Assembly: GCA_008632985.1 (NCBI GenBank)
Contig: QPGO01000307.1
Coordinates: 1 to 63,998, forward strand
Direction of reading: 5' to 3'
DNA: 63,998 nt
DNA from: Psammoneis japonica
Taxonomy: Eukaryota
Below the pieces are notes generated by a model. That model saw nothing but the letters and a program-made list of their open reading frames with translations, ran no database searches and had not been told where the DNA came from. Below, one piece after another: positions 24,696-37,242 of this stretch (within the stretch, counting starts at the first letter, position 1; each line of letters opens with the position of its first letter). The position numbers and the translations under genes are program-made.

Positions 24696-25244
24696 CGTCA
24701 ATCTTGAAGATGAAGAGTGCGATAGACAATGGCAATTTCAAATCGCTGTTCCCTTTTCTCTCATTGAATCAATCATCGATCTATTTCATTGGTTATTTAA
24801 ACTATAAGTGAAGACTTTAAGAGCCTATAATGAGAAGTGTGAGGGACATAATGAGGGGCAGCAGAAGCATGCAGGAAGCAGGCATAGTACCGGCATCGTC
24901 TCACTCCCGCGCGGACCGTAACATACTATTCTATTTTAACTGGCGCACAGACAGATTTCTACGCGATTTCTACGTACCTCGTACAAATCACGTAGCCCTA
25001 CTAGTACAAAACGTCTGCCCTCCACCCCAATGTGAAGTGTTACGGCTGATGATTTTCATTCTCTCAATTTCGGGAAACTCGGTGCAAGTAAGGAGTCGAC
25101 ACCGTACTTGTAGGGGCCCTAGGACTGAAGTCAACAGCTTGTCAAAAGGACGTCCGTAAGATGACAGAACAAACAAAGAGCTAAGCCCAGTGTCAAAGAA
25201 TTGTGACAAAACTGTCAAAAGACACCAGACTTGTTCCAGACTTA

Positions 25245-26575
25245 GGCACGTTCCCACCCTGATAATTTCGGCCGTAAAATAAATATAATTTGGCCAAATT
25301 TACGTATTTACGGGCGTCAGGCTGGGAACGGATTCGATCGGTAAAAAAGATCAAAATCTCATGTCGAGCTCGGTGAGGACGCTACACGCTACAGTACCAC
25401 GCTACAGCACTGTTTACACTACTACTCTCTACTGCTAGTAGTAGCTAGCTCTAGAGAGCTGCTAGCTATTAGGACTAGAGAGTCACCATAACATTGTCAG
25501 GGACAATCGTTGTCCATTTTGCGATTGCTCTACGGTAACCCAAGACTAATGATAACACCAGTGAAGGACAGAAGAAACACACCAACATTCAATCCTCTGT
25601 TGATAGCAAGAGTTGCAGAGCGAGCATGAAAAAGCACGAAACATTGGCGTGCAGTAAGACCACAGCATGCAAAACTATTAAATGAAATTTCTACAGAATG
25701 TTAGGTGCTAAAAGGCACTGTTCTTAACTCTTGCGGTTTGCCAATGGCCTAAATCCATTTCAAAGAGCAACAGAAGGGCTGCAGACAATGGAGCCAACGA
25801 CGTTGTGCAAAACATTGACCCCCACCAGCATCATTGTCCAAACTTACGACAAGATTAATGAAATGAGTGCACACAGCCTTCTTCATAGTCATGTTCCATC
25901 AAAACGGAGCACAAGCCTTGCTGTTGTCGTCGACGTGACCAAAATTCTTGCATTCTTGACTCTTGACAGTCCATCAAGTAACAACCTCGAGCATGCACCA
26001 AAGAACCCCCTCAATGTAACATCAGATCATATGTTGCTATGAAGATTCGGCCTCAAGTCTGTAGACTTATGGTTTGTGAAGAATCCCAACGCGAAATCTG
26101 AACAAGAGAAACAAAGACATCAAAAATGCTGTTAGTCGACACGGTCGTCATAAGCCACAACAACAACGAAAAATCATAATTCTGACAACTTGATCGCATC
26201 AAGCGTAGTATTATTAACCTGTCTCTATATTCTTACCTTCGTAGACAGGACGGTCGTTCGTGTATGAACGGGTCCGTTCATCGCAGCAGCCATCATGGTT
26301 GTTGTGCGATCGGAGCGGAGAAAGAAAAATGGGGAGCTTGTGACGTGGCACGTTCGAGCTCCCAAAACGCCGAATTTACCGTGAAAATTATATTTACGGG
26401 AGAGAATTTACGACGACCGACACCTGTCGTCGTAATTTGCTGATAATTACGGCTGTAAATTGAAGGATGGAAAACAGACGTGCGATTTTTCTTGTACGAG
26501 AGTTTCTACAGGAATTTTGTGTAGAACGAAATTATATTTATTTTACGGCCGAAATTATCGGGGTGGGAACGTGCC
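25245..26575. mobile_element. Non-autonomous DNA transposon, ~1.33 kb, ~46-bp near-perfect TIRs
   Basis: GGCACGTTCCCACCCTGATAATTTCGGCCGTAAAATAAATATAATT ... AATTATATTTATTTTACGGCCGAAATTATCGGGGTGGGAACGTGCC. Flanks CTTA/TTTA (imperfect TSD). No transposase ORF. Confidence 0.88.
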
Positions 26576-27629
26576 TTTAGGTGGCGCGCACATGCCCCTT
26601 TTCGCAGAAAAAATAATTTTTTAATGCTTTATTGAACACCGTACATATTTATTAAAATTGATCACATCAATGGCTTATAAGTAAAATAAACAGAATAAAC
26701 TCGAACAAAAACAAACAGCCAAACCGGCCATGGCTTTCAGTGACCATGACGGCCCACTTTTTTCAGCCTTATGGAAAATTGAATGTCATGACCAGGATCT
26801 CCGTATTTGATATAGTCTGTGTCATCAACAACAATAGTGAAAATGCTTGTTGAAGGCTGCAGCGCGGCACAATAATGCCAAATCTGTCAGCAACAACAAT
26901 TGAGCCTCTATTCACTCACAATTTGCCTCTAAGGACCATTTCTTTTCTATTACCATGTGTGTTTCCTCAATATATTCGACTGATTCAAGTGTATCAATCG
27001 TTTATGCCTTTTAAACCGTGAAAAATGGTCCGAAGTCGACGCCATTGCGTGGGCTGAGCTACGTACACTTCTTCTCACGTCGTCCTAAACTTATTAATCA
27101 ACGAATGCTTTATTCGATCCGTTGAGTGTAACTCGTATACGCGTATGAAAACAAAATATTAATTATGCTATGTTAAAGACTTAATTTATATATATTAATA
27201 ATATTTTATATGTTTCTTGTTACATTAAGGCATATATAAATCGCTCATCGGAAAATTCGAGCTCCCAACTTACGGTACAATTTAGCGACTAATAACTGAG
27301 TCCATCAACAGTTTCGAATACATGGGTACACGCACAAGACAATTCTGTATGTACCCATAACAACACATTTGTAAATTGTTATGTTTTTACTATCGAAAAT
27401 GGTGCCGCAAGTGTGGACCGCGCGTTTCATGCAAAAAGGGTCATTTTTTCGCGCGTGAGTGCACCCAAGTCTGGAACAAGTCACCAGCTCGATTCCGAGG
27501 TGACGGTGACCAGATGCAAAAAATCGACACTGCTCATCGAATGGAGTGCGCTGTGCAACGAAACCCCGGCCAGTCGCACGCTGCTTTGCACCTCCGACAA
27601 GAACAGCATGAGACATGCAGTTTGCCTTG

Positions 27630-28100
27630 ATCTGGAGGTGGGCCACCACGCACACCATCAGAGTTGCAAGCACGTTTGAAAACTCTGGTGGCCGACTCCA
27701 CCGCAGCAGCAGCAGCAAGAAAGCAAACGGCAAAAATCCAAACGATGTCCCAATCGGCAAAGGTCCTGGGAAAGGTTTTGATCCACCGCATCTTGACAGT
27801 GCTCAGCCTCATGCTGACAGATTTGGCTCATTCCCACGTCCCAGACTTTCCCACCTGCACATTCCTTGAAGCCAACTGATCCACCATGAGTGCCATTGTT
27901 GCAACCCACAAAGACATCCTCCGAGAGATTGACACCTTTTGAGGTCTTGCTGATGCCACCATGAGAAATAAAAAAAGGGCTGTCAGACAGATCAGGGTGT
28001 CCACAATGTGAGCGGGTGCAGAGAGGTCTTGTCAAAACCCTTTGTCCCAGCATGACGAAAGAAACCAATGCCATGAAGTGTGGCAGAGAAAACTCAAAAT
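27630..28100 (-). pseudogene. 1,3-beta-glucan (callose) synthase, GT48 catalytic-region fragment
   Basis: SFVMLGQRVLTRPL..RSHCGHPD...GGISKTSKGVNLSEDVFVGCNN...DVGMSQI...RLDFCRLLS matches the GT48 consensus (GQRVL, HYGHPD, RGGISKASK, NLSEDIFAG, GRDVG). Continues after a frameshift as FSNVLATLMVCVVAHL. Confidence 0.88.
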
Positions 28101-31100
28101 CCCTGCATGCATGTGATCCACGAACACCACGGCTGGCATCATCAACATGTTCAACAAAGTAAAACATCAGGCCATTTTGCGGGGAAGAATCTGCTTGTGG
28201 ACCGAGAAACAAGCAGAACACGTGCCGGGCTGCTAACGTCTGTTTTGGAAACACACCGAACACGCACCGCGACGTCCAGAGCTCGTCTCAAACACGCCAA
28301 AGGTGTCCCACACATCAGCCCCTTTTATCCACATTTATTGTGAAACGATTGAGGCACAGGTCAAGGGATGAGAGGAGGGAAACAACAACAAACTCGACGA
28401 AACACACCGGAATGACGACAACAGCAGCAGACTCACACACCGAAGGAATCGAAATCGATGTTCTTGCGTGGAGTGGCACTTGTAAAAATGGCGCCAACAC
28501 GTCATGGCACTGCAGACAAATGCCGACAACATCCCGAGTGACTCACCTTGTGAAAAACGGGGACAACGATGGTGGACGCGACGCAAATTCGCCATGGTGG
28601 CTGCGCAAATTCTGCGTGGAATTTCTCGTTTTTGTGCCAGCGACCAAAAAAATCGCACAGTGCGATTTTTTTAAGCTGTGCCAGTTGGCCTGGTGCAGCG
28701 ACATGTTGCGATCTGTGGGAGGTCTTCTCTGTCTTCTTCCGTGCCACTTGCAGACCTCCCAGTTGGGAGTGGCATCGTCTTGCCACATGTGTGTCCCGGG
28801 TCTTGCACAGATGCCCCATCGCGGTTGATCCACAGCATCCGTCAATCATTGCATGCATTGATCACATGACTCACATCACAACATTGCAAACTGCACAATG
28901 GTCGATTGTTGTCAGTGTGACATTGGCATCTTTCAACAACATTTGCACAGCAGCACCACCAAAGTGCTCCCATCATCAAGGATGTCATGTTCCAGGAGCT
29001 CCAGGTGGGACCTGGCAAAGCAGCGCCTGCTCTCAGCACACAGAAGAGAGTTGGCTGTGTGTCATCTGGTCAGGGGGGCATCTCTTGAAGTTGTGTGGAT
29101 GGTGTGAAGAAACAAGAGTGTGCACTCAATGAGCGCTGGAAACTGTCTGGGAAGCTTGGAGAGTGTTGAGATCTTGGCTCCTCAAGGTGACGAAGCAGGC
29201 ATCGAAGTGGATGCTGGAGTCTGGGCATCAACTTTGAAGGGGGCAGTGTCAACAAGGCCCCAGCTGTCGCACCTCAGTTGGGTTCCTGGGCAGAAATGGA
29301 GGTGGTTGGCACCAACAGCGATGATGACAGCATCTTTTTTGGCATTGAAAGCTGTGGCCATTGCTTTCAAAAGTGACTGTTGTGTCTCAGACATTGCTCA
29401 CGGCTTCTCTGGGCATGGGCTTGGAGAAAGCAGCTTGATCTGTGAAGGGTCCAATGCGTTTCAGGTCCACGGCAGTGTTTGCCTGTGGCTTGATGACCTT
29501 GTCAATGAGCCAATGGTGCAAAATTGTGCTGACATTGTTGTGGAGACAGGGTGGTGTAAATCCATCTGGTGTGGCTGATGTGCCCAGGATGGCATCAGAG
29601 TGCATGCCATTCGGGCAAGCATGTGCATCTTTGCATGCAGAGTTGAGGCTGTGTTCAAAAAACGATGACATCTTTGTCTGAAATCAACAGCTTTGGTTGA
29701 CTTGTTGGTCATGGCAGTGTGGTGCAAAAAATGCTGTGCAGAGCTCTGGTGTGTGCTCTGCAATGCGCTGTTGGCTGGAGCCACAGACAGTGGGAAAATT
29801 GGCAAGACGGAGGCAGTCATGGTGTTTTCTCTCAATGAAAAAAGGAGCTCTGCAGCTGGCACAAACTTTGCTTTGCACCGGCACTTCAATGACAGAGGAA
29901 TGGCATGGTGATGAACAGACAGAGGGTCTGTCAGCACAATTCAATGCACACTGGGACAAAGATGATGACACAGTGCTGGTCAGAAAGAAAGCGAGTGGAA
30001 GCAAGAGAGGTCTGATGAGACCTTCTGCAATCTGTGTGTCCTTGTGTCTGTCCATTGGGTGTGTGACTGATGTGCATCACTGGCACACACTGCTCATGAC
30101 TCAGTGGGCTGACAGGCAGGAAGATGATGGCACAAAAGAAAAGCTTTTTTTCGACTTTGTTCTTGTTGACAGCTGGCCACTGTGCCTTTTCCATGAGTTT
30201 GTGTTTCAGTTTCCTGCCTGGTGTCTTTTCTTTGAGAAGGTGACCAGCAAGCACTTTTGGTCTGCCTGAGTTTGCTCTCGCTGCATTCTCAGATCATGTG
30301 CTTTTGTGTCACATCACCACTCAAACACAAACTGCAAGGGCAAGCACCCAGCTGGTTTGTGGCTTGCCTGTCACCCAAGTCAAGTGCTGGCAACATGGCA
30401 ACAAAACACCAAGAAGCCTTGAAAAGGTCTGAAAACAAGTTGTCCAGGGATGAAGTGCAGTGTGATTGCATCAAATCTTTGGGCAGTGCTGCTGGTTTCT
30501 GAAGGGTGAAAGAGATTGGCATTTTGTCAATGATTGAAGATGATGACTCTGCAGGTTTGCACGATGAACTCAAGGCCAGTTTGCAACAGCCCTTGTTGAA
30601 AGGTCAACCTCAATCTGCGTTTTGAGCAATCGCAGATCATTGTCACATTCTTTGCCAGTGCAGTGCCATGTTGTTGGACTCTTGAGGGACAATGACAAGC
30701 TGTTGAACTTGTGGCTGACATTGGAAGATCCAACAACACCATGTTTGTTGTGCCATCAAGGGCAAGTCCTCTTGCTGTCTGGTGTGCTGGTGTTTTTCTT
30801 CTTTTCTGTTGCTTTGCTCCAATGGTGTGCTTTCTTTTCCTTGAACACTTGTTGGCAATTGCAGGCAACAATGCATTGCAGCTCTCAAGACTCTCTCCCT
30901 GCTTGCCATTCTGGCAGCCCCAACTCAGGCATGTCCAGCTTCATTTCACATTTTTGGTTCTTGTGAATTGGAGGAAAGCGAATGTCTCCAGTTTTTGGAT
31001 TGACCCCCTTTTGCCACAGGCAAAAAAGAAACTGCCGCGTGGGAGCTGGGGGGAGTGGCTGCATGTAGAAGCTCACCTTCAAGGTCAATTTCTGTCACAA

Positions 31101-31349
31101 AAAGGCCTGTGTGGACTCAGTCACTTGACGGACACCAACTTCAATGAACATTGGCTTTTTGACTTGATGGAGGGCAAGGAATTGAGTGTTGCCCAGGACA
31201 ATGGCGCCCCAGTCAACTCCAACAGAAGCAGGCTTCATTGACAGCATCATGATGGGCTCAATGTGGACAAGATTCCTTGCAATCAAAAAGATGCTGTGAG
31301 CTTTTCCTGGAACCTTTTAACAAGGATGCCAAATTGCTTGCAGCTGGTG

Positions 31350-31960
31350 ATCCGGGACTCTGGACCATCAACAATTTTCCTCAGTGAGGAAGAGGTGGAC
31401 AGGATGACAGAGTTGATGCACGGGGTTGGTTGTGATCAAGGCATGTTTGGTCCATGTGCTGTCAGTGACCGAATCCCCAGATCATGTTCATTGTGAGAGC
31501 AACACCAAGGTGTGCTTCAAGATCTCTCTGGAGAGCATGATTTGTGAAGGTCCTTGCCAGTTCTCCACTCACAAACACGAGCCAGACCCCCAAAGATGCA
31601 ACCTCAGTGGCCGAAATCAGGGCTGGGTTCAAGAGCTTGTGGTGAACTGAAGTTGAACCTGAAGAACACCTGCAATTCCAGCATGCTTTGAAAGGCAGTC
31701 CTCCTGCATCTGCCTTCACAGCAATGACAACCATGCCATCTTGCTGGTGTGCTCTGTCGCTCAGATGGTGGCACATTGCTCTTCTTTCCAAATCTTGACA
31801 TTTTGATCACCCCCAAGAAAGGGACAGCGGCAACATTCCTCAGTTTGTGCAAGGATGGAAGTTGCAACACCTGGCCAACCATGCAGATCAGGCCCATCCG
31901 GAAAAGTGCTGGAGACTGCACCATGGCACTTTTTTCTGCAAAGAAGAAGTCCTTGGAAGT
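31350..31960 (+). pseudogene. Prolyl 4-hydroxylase-like 2OG-Fe(II) oxygenase relic
   Basis: Frameshifted fragments in the expected order: INNF/LSEEEVDRMTEL, QELVVN, ILLVC, DGG..FFPNLDILITPKKGTAATF.SL.KDG. Confidence 0.55.
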
Positions 31961-33965
31961 GTGGTCTTGTTGGAGGTGGAAGTGCAGGAGAAAGCACAAA
32001 GATCACTGTGATTTGGCTCAGCATCACCGGCTACATTGCCTGCAACAGCTGCATCACTGCCCGAGCTGTTTTTTGGCAGAACACCATGGTCAAGAAAAGG
32101 CTGCTGCCATGAAAACAATGGGGTTGGCATGCCCAATTCATGTGGGCAATTGTTTGGCATGTTGACTCTTGGAGAACAGGAGATCTTGAAATGGCTTGCA
32201 AAACTTTGAGCCCAATGACAAAACATGTCCACCAGAACCAAAGCATGAAGAAACAATGAGATTTTGATGTGGAGAGGGGTCACAGTGGGCCCAGCATCTG
32301 CTCAGAGAAGTTGAGATGATGGGGGGTGGACAAGGTTTGTTCGAAAGAACACAGCTGGACAAAATTTGCAATTTCAACCTTTGGTCTCATGCTTTGTGTT
32401 GGAAATTGGTGCTGTGTTGAAAGCAGGCAGGAAATGCACACTGGCTACCTTCATTTGAGCAATGTGTCAAATGGCATTTTTCTGTCTTCAGGTCCAACAA
32501 TGTTGCCAAAAGCTGACATGCTCACAACATGTGCAAGCATGAGAAGATGGAAAGCAGCAAGGCTCAGCAAGCCATTTTTCCAGCTTGAGTCACAGCCACC
32601 TTGGCAGCATCTCTGCCACAGTGACCTTGGCCAAGGGCTCCAAGCTCCAAAGTGACAGCAACACGGAGCAAGATCCAGCTCCACAAGAATCAGTGTTGAC
32701 AACAAGCACACATGCACTTGCTGCACAAAATGCTTTGCTGGTCAACAAAGCCAAGCTTCAGACTGCCATCCAGGAGCTCAAGTTTGCAGCTGCAGATCTT
32801 GAGCCAACCAGCACTGTGCTGGTGTGTTGGAAAAAATGAGGGCATTGTCAAAGTGCCAGCTGCAGCAAAAAACAAAATTGCCATGCTCCAGATTGTTGTC
32901 TTGCAGCAGCTGGCAAGGAGAACTTGGAATTTTGCATTGTGCACACAAGTCACTTTCTGAAGTGAGTGCTTGCATTGACTGCCATGGCCAGTCTCTTTCC
33001 AGAAAGAACAAAAAGTGCTCTGGAGCAAAATGAGAAAAAAGGAAGCTTGCTTCTCAAGTTGTGAACCTTGCTGAGTTGCAACTTGACAGCGCCACCACCT
33101 TGACCAATCAAAGCCAAGAGCAGGAGATTGGCAAAACAAAGAGCAACAGATCTGACACCTCAATGATGCTCTGGCACAAGAAGTGCAAGTTTCAAATCAA
33201 ACTCTGAGCATTGATCTCAGTCAGTTGTGGCTGCACAAAGTGCAGCTGCCAGTCATGTCAATTGGTTGAATGAGCAGATTTGAGACTTCAGAGAGGAGAA
33301 AAGGAGCTGCAGGTGTGTGTGCAATGGGGGGTGCTGTTCTTTAGATTGAGTCATGGGGTGGTCTTTTCTAATCACAGTTCACCAGCATTGATGGTTTGCT
33401 GCACCGCAATCCCATGGATGCATGAAGTGAGGTGTGCAGCACATTGCCACACTTTCATCTTTCCAACACCGTCACATCCGTCGCACATGTGTTTGGGTGT
33501 TGATGGGAGCTGATGTGCGGACGTGTGCACAACACATGCATGACTTTGCATGTTTGAGCACCATCATTCAGACAGCATTGTTGCCCTTTTTGTTGTGCAC
33601 AAACAGGGCACATTTTCAAAGAATGTTGCAAACTTTTTGATGGCATTGTCTGGTGTCATTCTGCACAACAAGTGTGGCACAGCAGCACACTGTCTTGATG
33701 CCAATTGGTGATCAGGGAATCACATCCTGGCATCAAACACAATCTCAACCAACCAGCCATGATGAATCCAGCAATGGCAGCATTGGAAATCACACCCAGT
33801 GGGTGCAGACAACTCCATGCTGTGACACCCAGTGCCAGGGGAGATTATTCAAGAAATCTGGACGAAACCTCTGCCTCCAAGCGCGCGTTGCCTGATCGTA
33901 CCGTACGCACTGTAGATGCCCTCTTTTCGACTTCTTCAGTTCCCGGAACTATGACGTGACACGCA

Positions 33966-36900
33966 ATGCCATCAGAGACCAAATATAACGTTATGGACCT
34001 TCCTAATATCGATCATCTTGTAGTGGGCCGGGAGAAAGAGCTGGGACGTTTAAGGCAGTTGTTCCAAGGGGTTGCCGGTGATGATGAGGGTGCATCATGT
34101 CAGACCCGTCTCTGCCTAGTCCATGGCCTGGGCGGCAGTGGCAAGACAAGTCTTTGTGAACGAGCGGCCGAGGAATCACCCTCCACGCTTTTTCTTTCAG
34201 GCAAATTCGATCAATTTCAAGACCACGCATCGACGCCGTACAAAGTGATTGTCGATGCGTTCAATCCGCTAGTCCCACTTTTGGAACGAAGAGGAGATGC
34301 GAAAACCCTGAAACACCTGCGTGGCATTTTACAGAATTCAGAGGCGAGTATCTTATTGCGATTAGTTCCTTCCTTTGTCGGTTTGGTTACGGAAAATTCA
34401 AACGTTTCATCCAAAGAAGCCGAGAATACGAGTACGAGCCATAGTCATCGATCGTCGTTAAATCTTGCCTCGGAACGAATCATTGTAGGCTTTCAAACCC
34501 TCCTGAGGCGACTCTGTTCGAAGGATTGTCCACTGGTCCTGTTGATGGATGACTTGCAGGTCAGTTCGTGTATGACATGACGAATATTAATGGATTTTGG
34601 TTCTTGCTAACCGCCTGCTATTGTTGCAGTGGAGCGATGCAAATTCACATCGACTGCTCTCCGCAATCCTAAGCGACTCGGAACTGAAGAGTTTTATGCT
34701 GGTTGGATGCTACCGGGATGAAAATAACGGGGAATTTGAACTATTGAGAGTTGATAATAACGATCAAAGTGGAGAGATGCTGGTGGATATTGCAGTGGGC
34801 CCACTTTCCCTACTTGGAGTCCAAGAAATGGTCGAGCGCATGCTTCGAAACAATGACATGGTCGACTTGTCGGAATTGATCCATCGCAAGACCCATGGTA
34901 ATCCCTACTTTGTCATTCAGTTCGTCAAAATGCTTTGCTCTCAGAAACTGGTCAAGTACAACTTTGGTATGAATCGATGGGAGGTATCGTCTTCTTTAGA
35001 AGAAATTTCAGCCAGAACGGACGTGTCAGACAATGTGGTTGGCGTACTGACTGCTCGTATCAAAAGTCTGGACCCAAATGTCCAACACGTGTTGACAGTT
35101 GCGTCATTTATTGGATACCAGTTTGAGTTGCCCCTGCTACGAGACCTGCTTTTAGATGGGGTGGGACAGGACGAGCAACACCAGGATGTAAAAGAGACAG
35201 CCTCGACTCAAAACGAGCAATTCGATCTACGGGATGAGATGGACGTTGCCGCCAGCGAAGGCCTCATTGAGTCAACTGATGGGCATACCTACAAATTCAG
35301 TCATGATCGCATCCAGGAAGCCCTGTACGATATGGTTCCGGCGGAATCACCGCGGAGTAAGCTCCATTATGAGATTGGCATGAAAGTTTGGAATCGATAC
35401 AAGGACACCAATCCATCCTACGTCTTCTTGGTTGCCCGCCAGCTCAATCGAGGTACAGCCATCATGAAAGACTCGAACGACCGACTCTTTCTAGTCGAAA
35501 TAAATTACAATGCGGCTTTGTTGGCGAGACAGCGGGCTGGCGTTGAAACGGTGTCGCTTCTTCTTAGGAGCGCCGCCAAGGCTGTAGATATCGGTTTGTG
35601 GGAGAGCAAGTACGAGCTGCTTATTGATCTCTACAGCCTTGCAGCGGAAGTTGCTAGCAACCGAGGCGATTTCGAAACCATGGAGGCCAGCATCAAAGTG
35701 GTCGAGGACCATGCTAAAACAAAGCGGGATTTGGTCCGAGTGTGGATGGCTCGAACCTTGGCACATGGAGTGACGCGTGAGTTTGCAAGGGGAATCCGAG
35801 AAGAACGAAAGATTTTGCAGGTTTTGGGTGAGCCACTGCCACGAGCATCCACCATTAGCTTTCTGTCGGAGCTACAGAAAACTAAAAAGGTTCTCAAGGG
35901 CAAGACAGATGAGGACCTACTTGGCATCAAGGCCATGAAATGCGATGACAGGAAAACCGTAATGACAATCTTGCAACAAGGGTCTGTTTTTGGGTGGAAT
36001 AGCGATAGCACCTATGGAGCTATTTGTTACCTTCGGATGACTCGACTCACGGTCCAAGAAGGATGGTGCGAAGTGACTCCCTACGCCTTTTCTGGCTACG
36101 CGTTCATGCTGGCAGCTTCTGGAGATACCAAGGAGGCTTTTCGCTTCTCGCAGCTAGCGCTACGCTCCTGCAGAGGAGAAGAGACCGAGCCAGGAACTTG
36201 CATGATGGTTCATGGATTTGTGTCCCACTTTGAGTTACCTGCAGCGCAATCGCTTGATCCGCTACTGAAAGGTTACCGTTCAGGTCTAGAAACGGGCGCG
36301 ATGTTTTTCGGAACTATCTGCATGGCAGCCTACTCCTGCTTTTATGTTTTTGCTGGCCTTCCACTTGAATCGTTTGCCGGGGATATGCAGCAGTTTGCAC
36401 AGCAACTACATCTCTGCCACCAAGAGCTATCCTTGGCGTTTCTTCTTCCTTGGTTGCAGTTTGCGTTGAATCTTACGGGAAAGAGCAAAGATGCTTTGGA
36501 CATTTCAAGGAAATCCCTTTCCAACCTCGTCGGGTACACGGACAAAATGTGGTTGGACAAAGTCCGTGATGCTTCAGTTATCGTGAAGGATTATGCACAA
36601 GCATACAATGCCTACCTACTCGATCAGGTGGATCTCGCCGAAAGAGCCATTGGTGTCGGTGGACGAAGACTTCCTGGAACACAAATTTTGAACCTTCTCT
36701 TCATCTTCATTGATGGCCTAATCGCGTTTGCCATTCTAAAGAAAGAACGATCATCTCTTGGCAAGCGCCTACGATTTTCCAGGGTCGCAAGGGGTGCTGT
36801 CAAGAGTCTCAAAGATCTTGCCAAAAAACGTTCGATCAACTCCTGTGGCATTTATGCATTGTTGCTAGCGGAGAAGGCGGCAGTCCGGATGTGGAACAAG

Positions 36901-37242
36901 AGGCAAGAATTATCGAAAGATGACGCCGTGAAAAAGCTGTATGACAATGCCATTTCTCAGCTGACCCGCAGTGGATTCATTCATTTTTCCGCAATCGCCA
37001 ATGAATTGGCAGGGACTTGGATGCTTCATCGAGAGGATGTAGCACGGGCGGAGAACTATCTTTCTCGAGCAACCGAGTGCTATGCCGAATGGGGAGCTGT
37101 AGTCAAAATCGATCAGCTGCTATCCAAGTACGGTAATGTTGTCAGGTTTGAAAAGAGCAAAGCGTCGCTGTTGGAAGATGTCAATGCTCAGTCGTCGCTT
37201 CGTGGGCGTGCACAGTACGATGCGTCTATTGATAAGAAGTAA
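33966..37242 (+). CDS. STAND/AAA-type predicted ATPase (COG3899-like) with C-terminal TPR-like helical region, intron 34560-34629
   Basis: VVGREKE, Walker A GLGGSGKT, SGKFDQ, Walker B LLMDDLQW across a GT-AG intron, THGNPYF, FSHDRIQEA and C-terminal YAEWGA. Confidence 0.88.

Larger units (their letters stand above)
27395..33845. other. TpA-depleted degenerate domain D containing gene relics
   Basis: ~6.4 kb with very few TA. Contains glucan-synthase and prolyl-4-hydroxylase-like relics. Confidence 0.88.
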
